64,000 nucleotides of DNA. It comes from Haliotis rubra. Lineage: Eukaryota. The notes below the pieces were generated by a model. It was not told the DNA's origin. It saw nothing but the letters and a program-made list of their open reading frames with translations, and did not search any database. The position numbers and the translations under genes are program-made. The stretch covers positions 1,058,684-1,122,683 of the forward strand of contig NW_025766975.1 of assembly GCF_003918875.1 (NCBI RefSeq). The letters run 5' to 3'. The number at the start of each line of letters is the position of its first letter. Positions within the stretch are counted from its first letter, which is position 1. This document shows, one piece after another, positions 50,383-59,768 of this stretch.

Positions 50383-51590
50383 AGTTATAATGAATAATAA
50401 TAATAATAATAAATGCATATTTATAATGCGCCCCTTCCACACCCTAAGGCATGCTCAAAGCGCTACAGAATATTTACACTGGAGTATTTACAGATGAAGT
50501 TATACATAATATACTGAGAAAAGGTGGGTTTTAAGTCTGGACTTAAAAATGTCAATTGTGGCAGAGCTTTTAAGGGCACATGGGAGAGAGTTCCAAAGCA
50601 CAGGCGCGGAGTAAGAGAATGATCGGTGTCCGAAGGATTTCAGTTTGTAGGATGGGATGACCAGTCGGTTTTGTGTGTTTGAGCGCAAGTTGCTTGCGGA
50701 GACATACGGATGTAGGAGTTCAGACAAGTAGGAGGGAGCCAAACCATGGAGGCACTTGTATGTCAGACAGAGGATCTTAAAGTCAATTCTGGCCCTAACT
50801 GGTAGCCAATGCAGTTCTTTCAACACTGGTGTTATATGGGAACGTTTAGAAGTCTTGCTGATGATGCGGGCGGAAGTATTTTGGATCTTCTGAAGCTTAT
50901 CAAGGAGTTTAGAACTGAGGCCTGAAAGGATGCTGTTACAGTAATCAAGCCTAGATGTAACAAGAGCTCGAACAAGGGCTTGAGTTGCAGCAGTTGTCAG
51001 GTATTGCCGAATGATACCAATGGATCTTAGGTGAAAGTAGCAGGTCCTGCTCAGACGGTTAACATGAGCATCCAGAGTCAAGGAAGAGTCGATGTGGACA
51101 CCCAAGTCCTTAACCACATCAGAGAATCTGACGTCAGAGTCTGCGACTGTAAGGGTGTCGGTTTTGACCTTGCTGAGTTGTTGCTTTGTACCAATGAGAA
51201 CTGCTTCTGTTTTTGTGTCATTAAGTTTAAGCATGTTTCCTGTCATCCAGCACTTGATGTCCTGCGTACATTCAGCGATGCACTGAAGAGACGTAAATAG
51301 ATCTGACAGATGAAATGCTTTCAGGAGCTGGGTGTCATCAGCGTAGGCATGATGAGAAACTGTGTGGTCTGTAGTAATCCTTCCGACATATCCGGTATAC
51401 AACACAAACAGGACTGGACCAAGGACTGATCCCTGTGGCACCCCACATGTGATTACAGTGCCTTTTGATCTCTCAGTGCCAACAACAACAGATTGCTGTC
51501 GGTCAGACAGATACGACGTCACCCATTGAAGGGCATGACCTTCAAGTCCGTACTGTTGTGTGAGCCTGGACATGGTATATAAATACATGT
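50383..51590 (-). mobile_element. 5'-truncated non-LTR retrotransposon (CR1/L2-like LINE) 3' part with (ATT)n tail
   Basis: RT C-terminal ORF followed by a 100-bp 3'UTR ending in (ATT)6. On the + strand this reads (aat)6 at 50385-50402. Confidence 0.85.
50500..51588 (-). CDS. Reverse transcriptase fragment (RT domains 4-7 plus C-terminal region), 362 aa ORF
   Basis: ...GVPQGSVLGPVLFVLYTG...HAYADDTQL...LQKIQNTSARII...ITPVLKELHWLPVRARIDFKILCLTYKCLHGLAPSYLSELL...RSFSYSAPVLWNSLP...FKSRLKTHLF. This is a typical CR1/L2-clade LINE ORF2 3' end. It has no upstream RT or EN region, so it is truncated. Confidence 0.85.
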   Translation of the reverse strand: MYLYTMSRLTQQYGLEGHALQWVTSYLSDRQQSVVVGTERSKGTVITCGVPQGSVLGPVLFVLYTGYVGRITTDHTVSHHAYADDTQLLKAFHLSDLFTSLQCIAECTQDIKCWMTGNMLKLNDTKTEAVLIGTKQQLSKVKTDTLTVADSDVRFSDVVKDLGVHIDSSLTLDAHVNRLSRTCYFHLRSIGIIRQYLTTAATQALVRALVTSRLDYCNSILSGLSSKLLDKLQKIQNTSARIISKTSKRSHITPVLKELHWLPVRARIDFKILCLTYKCLHGLAPSYLSELLHPYVSASNLRSNTQNRLVIPSYKLKSFGHRSFSYSAPVLWNSLPCALKSSATIDIFKSRLKTHLFSVYYV

Positions 51591-53284
51591 TATCATTATA
51601 TTTACTTCAAAAACTTTGCACGTTCTTTTAACTCTAGGAAAACATACTTTGCAAGATAGTTAGTAATGTACTTATTATCAGATTTACAAAGCAAATATAT
51701 TTTTGTAAAGACGGCGAAGTACAATAATACATGGGTAGAGTACTGCTTCTGAGGTCTGAAAGTCTTCAAATATGGCTCGGGAAGTTGATCGTGGGCTGTA
51801 AGGAAATATAGTGTGAGAAACTCTTCAGTTTAAATAATTCAAATTGCCATTGATAATCTCGAGTGAACTGATTTTCGTAAGTGCCACATTTTGTCAGTGA
51901 TAGCTAAATAGGCAGTGTTACAGACGCTGTCGATGTTCTGCTGTTTAGGCTGTGTTCCTTGGAAGTTGTCATCCACGGGTTAACTGAGACCTTCAAATGG
52001 ACTAGTGTTGATCTACAATGGATATTTCGTTAGAAACTCTTTTCCGTCATCAATAATTTTATTCGAGAATTATTGATATTCTACCTTTCTCTCTCGTCAT
52101 AATGGGATGCCATAACTTATCTGCAATGCTCAAAACAGCATAAACTCACCTTTACTGTTCTAAATATACTTAGGAATTTGTTTAAACCAGTTAATGTGTC
52201 CAAAGACCATCTATACATATTTTGTATGATAAACAATCAATGTAATTAGGAATATATATCTTAGATGGCAGTCAGAAATATTCTATTTGCCAAAACGGTT
52301 TATTTGACTCATGAGATATGTACCCAAAGGGCACAACCATCTTCTCATATGACAGATACTACCCTTAGGCATATTAGATTAGGAAGGCATTGCGTGGGCA
52401 TGCTTATGTACTAAACTGTCATAGCATTCATGTCGGTGAAGCAGTAAATGACCATTGCGACTATTCAATGAAGGTTGTACAGAAACAAATAGTAATTCTT
52501 CCTGAACATTCGTGGTCACAAGAATATAATACATATAACACATTTAGGGATAATTATTCATATGTTTTGTTTCTGGAATAATACTGGGTGAAGTATGTTT
52601 CTTGGATTCCAGCAGATGTTGTAATTCTTGACAATGTAAACTTGAGATAAAATCTGCTGGTCAAACGTTTTTATAAATCTGCCGTAGTGTCTTTTTCCAA
52701 TTGCAGCATTCTTACTTGTCCCGTTATATCCCAACAGCGCGACGATAATGACTTTACAAGTTTGGTGAGTTATGCTCACTCAATTTAATGTCTCCAAAGA
52801 GTAACGGAAAAAGCAGGAATGTTATTGATTACATCAGTTGCAAAACCCAAGTTCTCATCGCCTCACAATGGTAGTCGCATTTGGCGAGTCTCTTTGGATT
52901 AAACACGTTAATCAGGTGATATCGCATCCAGATAAATTTTATGGTTTCTTGCACGAGAAACACCCCTATCACACATTCCCTATCCTGGATACAGATCATA
53001 CATTCCAGTTTCATCTGTATGGCTCTACCGCAGTTATGCCCCCTCTGCTAACACTGAAAAAAAATTAAACACAAAAATTCAGTTTTTTACAGACATCCTG
53101 GCCTGCGTTGTATCAAAATATAGGGTAACCTGCTGATTTAGTCTTTCACTCGTTACGCTGAAGACCCTACTTCAATTTGCCAAATGGTACAGTGTTTCCT
53201 GGCATTATATAAAGCTACTATTACTGAAGAAATAATGTGAACACTTTATAGGATCACACTGTGACCACAAGGTGTTACTGATGT

Positions 53285-53478
53285 ACTCTTCTACCGGCTG
53301 ATTGAGTGAATGCTTGTTGTTTAACCCTGCACTCAACAGTATTTCAGCTGTTTGGTGGCGGTCTGTAATTAATCGAGTCTGGACCAGACAATCCACTGAT
53401 CAACAGCATGAGCATCGACCTACGCAGTTGGGATACGATGACATGTGTGAACCAAGTCAGCGAGCTTGACCACCCGAT
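53285..53478 (-). mobile_element. SINE family B, truncated in the head
   Basis: ccctgcactcaacagtatttcagctgtttggtggcggtctgtaattaatcgagtctggaccagacaatccactgatcaacagcatgagcatcgacc...tgaccacccgatcatgatgtc. Confidence 0.8.
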
Positions 53479-53481
53479 CAT

Positions 53482-53686
53482 GATGTCAATCATGGAATGT
53501 CTGGTCCCGACTCAATTATTTACAGACCGCCGTCATAAAGCTGTAATATTGCGGCGTCAAAGTATACTCATGCCAATAATGGTTGTCACCCCCTTCCCCA
53601 CCCCAACCCCATCCACACACACCTCACACACCCTCTCCAATTAAACAATTGAAAGGGGTGACAACCATTATTGGCAAGAGTATACA
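53482..53686. repeat. Inverted SINE-B 3' fragment (53482-53572, sense) plus 33-bp-stem hairpin with 57-nt C-rich loop (53561-53686)
   Basis: gaatgtctggtcccgactcaattatttacagaccgccgtcataaagctgtaatattgcggcgtcaaagtatactcatgcc is an inverted partial copy of the adjacent SINE. It is followed by agtatactcatgccaataatggttgtcaccccctt ... loop ccccaccccaaccccatccacacacacctcacacaccctctcc ... aaaggggtgacaaccattattggcaagagtatac. Confidence 0.75.
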
Positions 53687-54376
53687 AACAAACACAACAA
53701 AACACAAACGAATCGCTTCACCGCAAACAATCTGCAGAATAATCAGGGTAATCATATAATATATCAGATACTGTCTCGTCATTACGAAATAGACTATTTG
53801 ATTATGTCCTTAAGCATTAGAAATCGAACTATTAAAAGAAAAAATAATGATTAAAATCGTCACTACAGACGTTTGACAAAAAAGTAGTCTTGAAATGTCA
53901 CAGGGGATCAGTAAAGCAATAAAATACTAATCACATTTCTACCCTGATGGCACGGTAAAAGCATTAGCCACATCTGTTTTGGGAGAATATTAAGATATGG
54001 TAGATCATTCATGTCATAATTAATTTAAGGTCTTCAAAGTGGTTTGTAAAAAGGTGTTTATACGTGGTGAGAGGTTTCGAGGTGATTTGTCCTTTTCGAA
54101 GTGTAAAAGGGTTTATTGAGATTGATGAGACAAGTGAGGCCTGTGAAATATTAGACGCTATGCAGTGAAGCAATCCTGTACCAGCACTGTCTCGGGATAC
54201 AGATGGTAGTTGCCTTATGTTCCGATGCTGACCGAATGTGCTGCGTGGATGCTGCCGCTGTCCAAGAAATCAACTATTCCATACGTCGTACCAAGGGTGA
54301 GAAGTTGTTATGGTTGGGGATCTGCGAATATCAAATATCAAACACACAATGCCATTTTGAAAAGTGGTCAAATGTA

Positions 54377-54693
54377 ACATATGTTATATTTGGGATTACA
54401 CTTTCTTAGTAAAGTACAGATTCTAGTACTTTTGTTGGGTTGAGTCCAAACAAACGGCCGTAGGAGCCGTGCCAATTAACACTTATCAGAGGGGTACACA
54501 AAGTCCGCAGTCTAGACTACCATTTTTGTGGAAGCCGCGGTGGCTGAGCGGTCTAGGCGTCTGACTTTGTGTGCTGGCGATTAGGTGCCTGAATCTGAGG
54601 GTGCGGGTTCGAATCCCGGATGGGACTCAACCCAACAAAAGTACTAGAATCTGTACTTTACTAAGAAAGTGTAATCCCAAATATAACATATGT
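54377..54693. mobile_element. Foldback or MITE-like element: perfect 71-bp terminal inverted repeats around a 175-bp tRNA-Ser-like core
   Basis: Arms at 54377-54447 and 54623-54693 are exact reverse complements (acatatgttatatttgggattacactttcttagtaaagtacagattctagtacttttgttgggttgagtcc). The core has a Ser-type D-arm (gtggctgagcggtctaggcg) and a T-arm (gggttcgaatccc) but no clean anticodon arm. A 13-bp direct repeat aatatcaaatatc lies at 54327-54339 and 54694-54706. Confidence 0.7.
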
Positions 54694-57600
54694 AATATCA
54701 AATATCGTTCCCGAAAGATATGCTCAAAAACATATCCTATCCCAAAACATATCCTGTTTCTGCTCAAGAAAAATATTCAGGTATCAAGCTGTATTGCGAT
54801 AAGCAACGCATGAACTCCTTACCCTTGAACTAAGCCTTTTTTAAATGTCGAAACAAACCTAAAATATATTGCAACAGACATTTGGTTCTTTTATTTCGAG
54901 CATTGTATTTCCTGTTATAATATCTTCCTTGGTGATAAGAATTTTCGACCTGTATGGTACTTGAGGTTGTTTCGAAAGTATCACCACCACAGTCTCTCAT
55001 CAACAAATTCAGCTACCAATTTGAAAAATGATCTGCTGAAACAACAGATGCTGGCTTGTGTCATCATTCAAAATAACGGCTTCGTATGAGCGATTCAGAT
55101 GACTGTATAAAACATTGAGCTGTAAATGATTTTCCTGTGTTATTTAAACAGGGGAATAAAAGACCTCAGGGTACAGCAAGTTGTCAATTGCGTTTGAAAT
55201 TGTAATATGGACAGTTGTTACGAATGTCATTTCATCTGAGTCTGTATTTAGCATTGTTATATCTGCACTAGGGGCAAAACAATGGTGTCGAATGTTCTGG
55301 ATTGTCTTGCAATAAAATGGATTTTGATATTCGGGATTTTCGAGGGTAAGAAACTCTGTTGCATACCAGTACATGTACCTTCTCAGTCTTAAAACATTTT
55401 TCTGACCCGAGTGCCTCCTTGGTCGCGAGAATGGAACGCGTGCCATGAGAGCGGAAGGCCGTTAATTTTACCTCAGGCATTGTCATACTAAGAGAACTTG
55501 TTTTTACAAGTGTGGAGTAATGGGATGAAGCAATGTCTGGTGGGTACACTGTCTCTAACTCTAGGCATCATTACAGTGTATCTGAGCGGGGTTTTCATGT
55601 TGAACCTGTGTCTCGGCGGGCTGATGCCATGAACCTGGTATTATTCGAGGATGTAGAAGCAGCAAGCAGACACCCCTCACCTCCTCCATACAAACGTGCA
55701 ATAATCGTGAACGTCTTTTTTCTCAGACATGCACTGCTTGGTCAAATTAGTTGACAAGGTGTTCCTTGATGGGGTTGGTGTGACGTCGAGTTTCACAGGT
55801 CATACGCAAGGTATCGCTGTGGGCAAACACTACAAAACCCGCAGTAATCCAATCCAAATACACACGCACTAACGCACACGCACACACATATTGCTGTAAG
55901 TGCAGTCATCACCAAGCGCTCCTAATACATTATAGATTTCAAGAACTACAATTGCTTACAACTCACTGAAAAGCTTCTTTAGAGCGGAACTGACAGTATG
56001 ATTAACCTTGTCATGGTATGAATGTACAAACACGTCGGGACGTCTGGAACATTATGATATACTTTGCATTACATGTCACTTTGTATTCACGATACAGTCC
56101 TTCAATAACAAATGCAATACATATGAGACAACTTGTGATGTTCGTATTATCAGCAGTAGACTCTCCGCAGACATACGTTTGGAATCGGACACAACGTTTA
56201 TTACATTGTCTGGCAGTGGATGTGGTGGTAAGGGTTATCTTGCAACCACAGAAACTCCACCAACAGCTTAGACGGGGAATTATCTTCAGTGAGATGCATC
56301 ACATGAAGTCTATTAACAATGTATATTTGATAAAATATTTCTTTTTACGATATTGGTTTCGTAATGAAATGTCGGTAGGCTTTAAATACAATACCACATT
56401 TCTATTATTTTATTGTCAATATGGCTTTTTATTGATGTGTGATATAATTTTCTTTGATGACATATATCAGTCGAGTGAATATTTTCTATAACTGACAGAC
56501 ATGCATCCTTTTGAAAACTGCAATGAGATATTCATTGCAATAACACATCGTTGGTCTTCGTTGTGCACATGATAATATAGACTTTTCTAACTTTTTAAAA
56601 ACAATCATTTGGGAATAAACTCAGACATCGAGGATTTGGTTTATGAAGCTTGCAAGATATACATATTCCATATGCTCCATGGCCTCTTTACAGGACTTCT
56701 GTCTGCTGAGCATGTGTTATTGTCAGTATAGATCCTGAATGGCTCCCTTAGGTCTATAAGTATCAGTTTATTCTTGTGTATTCTTATAACATTGCATGAA
56801 ATAGAAACACGATTTATTCAGAAATACTTCCAGAAAGTATGTCAATCATTTTAAGGAACGCCACTGGGACTATAAAATTATGAATTATGAAGTTCGGAGT
56901 GAACTGTCTAACTGATATGAGCTAGTAGCCAGAAGTTTAATTTGAAAACACTCTAAGTCCAGATAGGTAATATCCTTTGAACATGAAGTAGTGTAAACTA
57001 CACGCATTGTAGGGACTTTTGTTGGTATATTGATAAACGTTCGTAGTTTTGTGCAGTCAATAGAAAAACGGATTAATTTATAAACATATATGCATAATAT
57101 TATCACCATCATCATAAGCATCATCAATGCTTGCCCTATTAAAACTAAACAGATACCCACGGGAATGAATCGTTATGTAATTGAACAAAATACAAGTCAT
57201 AACACACTGGATTTATCAGATTTATCCATAAATATCTTCCATCACAATGTCGTTCTGTCTATAAATAGCTATGTAACATCACAATTCCTCAACATTTAAA
57301 GATGAGATTTATTCTTTCATTTTGCAAGCCTGTCATAGAAGATTAAAAGGAAAAAAGTGGTGTGAAAAACACTCACTCACTCACTCACTCATATCTCAAA
57401 GGTTAAGTCCTGCTGCTTCCACCTGGGATATCAGTACTACAATCTTCTACAAATATCTCTTAGTAGCAACACCTAACACGTCCTATGTCTAACACCCTCA
57501 TCTACAAATACGGTAAGCAGCTGTCAGCACTAAGTAGTACGTCTTGTCTCTTTTATCGCAGCTACGTCTGTAACATCTATCGGAGTAAACCTAAAGTAAT

Positions 57601-58108
57601 CATCATTGGATTTGATATTGAGATGTCTGGAATCTGGATCCCCGGAATGAGCATTTCATTGGCTGCAGTGTGTTTCCACCACAAAGGTTTATCGTGGTTG
57701 GTAGGTAATCTCCAACAATTTCTGATCTTTGTAAATGAGATCTGTCTCAACTGTCTTAAACACATAATATTGGTGTAGTGACTGTTCTAACGTGGCAAGT
57801 CATTCCTATCTTTGTGGTATAATTACGCTTCAACAGATAGCATCAAAAACCTTGATTGGGTTTTACTTATTCATGTTGATAACTGTGGCGGAAAGGATGA
57901 GAAACGTATGATGTAAAGACCCTTAGTTTTCCACGTATAGCAGGAACATATAAGTAAACTATGCTTATAATGAACACGCTTATGACGATTTCACGGACAT
58001 AACAAACTGTTTGTGTATGCCCACCACCAACTGTATATGGGCATTATGGCTGCGCTTATAACGAAATGTATTGTACTGATCCCTTTGAGTTCTTTATAAC
58101 CGTAGTTA

Positions 58109-58500
58109 ATAATAATAATAATGTGTCCATTTATATAGCGCCAAACTCCACACTAGGTATGCTCATAGCGCTAACAATCAAGGCCATTATTACCCCGGAT
58201 AACCCAAGCTGCCTGTTAGGCGCTAGAAGGTTATAGTCATATGACTTTTTTCCACCGGGTACCCATTTTCCTGCTGGGTGAACAGAGACAATTTTGAACA
58301 AACTCACTTGCCTAAGGTGAGACCACATGTGTCACATGTGCTTCGTTGTGGGGCAGGACTCAAGTCCTAGAAACTCTCAGGAGTCAAGCTGCCAAACACG
58401 GTCACCCATCCAAGGACTCTACGAGCTCGACGCTGCTTAACTTCACCGATTTGTGACCTGAGCTTTAAGCACAGGACCACGCGCCACCACACTAGTTGCC
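58109..58500 (-). mobile_element. Candidate 5S-rRNA-derived SINE (SINE3-like) with a LINE-derived 3' module and (ATT)5 tail
   Basis: Minus strand reads ...cggtgaagttaagcagcgtcgagctcgtagagtccttggatgggtgaccg..., which matches the 5S rRNA boxA/IE/boxC region GGAAGCTAAGCAGGGTCGGGCCTGGTTAGTACTTGGATGGGAGACCG. The 3' terminal ~65 bp plus (ATT)n are highly similar to the 3' end of the LINE at 50383-50455. Confidence 0.5.
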
Positions 58501-58617
58501 TGTACATATCGGCAAATAGTCCTTATACATTATACCGGTTCTTTATTAATTCCTTTTAATGTTGGTTGGTGTTACACTCTACACAGAGCAACATTCTAGC
58601 AATATGGCGGCGGTCTA

Positions 58618-59768
58618 TACTGAACCACAAAAGAAACGTCGTTTTTCAAAACCAAATGCAAGATTTTGTTCTTACAAAATGGTGTTTTTATTATGATTCT
58701 ATCGTTTTGTTAACATGTTTTTCAATCCAAATTGACAGTTATTACCAACATCAGTGTGTTTTCTTATGAAAACGCATATCGACCAAACGCACATAAAAAT
58801 GCAGACGTAGTAAAAGGATCCGTATGACATTCATGAAAATGAAAATGCACGTGCATATCGTGACAACCCTACCAATGAAAGCGAGTCCCAAACTCGCCTG
58901 AAATCATTTTTGTTTTGACACAATCGCCATGGCACGACTTACGAGAGATCAGAGGAACCAAGTCTAGGGACGATTGCCAGTTGGCCAGACTGCACGGAGG
59001 GTAGCCAATCATTTTAATCTCCATGATAGGACAATCTACCGACTGCAGGAGTGGTATCAGGCTACTAACAGCATCCAAGACCGCCCAGGCAGAGGGCGAC
59101 CTTCAGTAACATCACAACGTCAAGACCGACAGATTGTGCGCCACCATCTGCAGGATCGCTTCCCCAGAGCGACGGGAACAGCACGCCAGACCATTGCGAC
59201 TCACAACAGACCCATCAGTGCCGATACAGTGCGTCGACGTTTGCGCGGGAGAAACCTCTGCTCTCACAGTCCATATTGTAGTCCTGTCCTAAACCGCTCA
59301 TCACCACCACAACCGACTGCAATGGGCAACTCAGCATCGAAATTGCCGTTTTCGACAATGGAGAACTGTGCCTTTTTCTCATGAAAGCCGATATTGTGTT
59401 TCGACAGTCGATGGCAGAGTGAGAGTATGGTGAAGGCGTGGGGAACTGTTTTCCAATGAGTGTATTGTTGAAAGAGACTCGCTGGGTGTTCCAAGCATCA
59501 TGGTGTGGGGTGCAATCGGTCTGAACATTATGCGCAACGCTTTCATCGATGCCCATAGAGGCCACACACAATACTGACTTTGGGGTATCTTAATGGTACC
59601 ATTCTTGGTAATTTGGTTTGTGTGAACTCTAAATGTGATTCCCGAAAATGTGTTAACCATAAGTTTCAAGTTTGAACTCAATCCTCCGTTTTGATTGTTA
59701 ATTAGAGTGAATTAAAGTGTGTGCTTTAAGAAACCGCTATCGGTGCGACATTTTTTTGTGGTTCAGTA
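58618..59768 (+). mobile_element. Tc1-like element, internally deleted pseudo-copy, with 27-bp TIRs and TA TSD
   Basis: Left TA|tactgaaccacaaaagaaacgtcg; right cgacatttttttgtggttcagta|TA. The ORF from 58929 reads MARLTRDQRNQV*..RLQEWYQATNSIQDRPGRGRPSVTSQRQDRQIVRHHLQDRF...TARQ...ISADTVRRRLR, then in another frame W.TVPFSHESRYCVSTVDGRVRVWRRRGE...IMVWGAIG. It contains stops and frameshifts and the DDE C-terminus is missing. Confidence 0.7.

Noticed and set aside
51031-51300. Plus-strand ORFs 51031-51300 and 51092-51286
   Set aside because: They lie antisense within the LINE reverse-transcriptase coding region.
54520-54630. Calling a functional tRNA-Ser gene inside the foldback element
   Set aside because: The D-arm and T-arm are Ser-like, but I could not fold a valid anticodon arm or acceptor stem. 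The 3' end runs into the inverted-repeat arm.
58131-58328. 65-aa minus-strand ORF
   Set aside because: It lies within the putative 5S-derived SINE body and has no coding signature.
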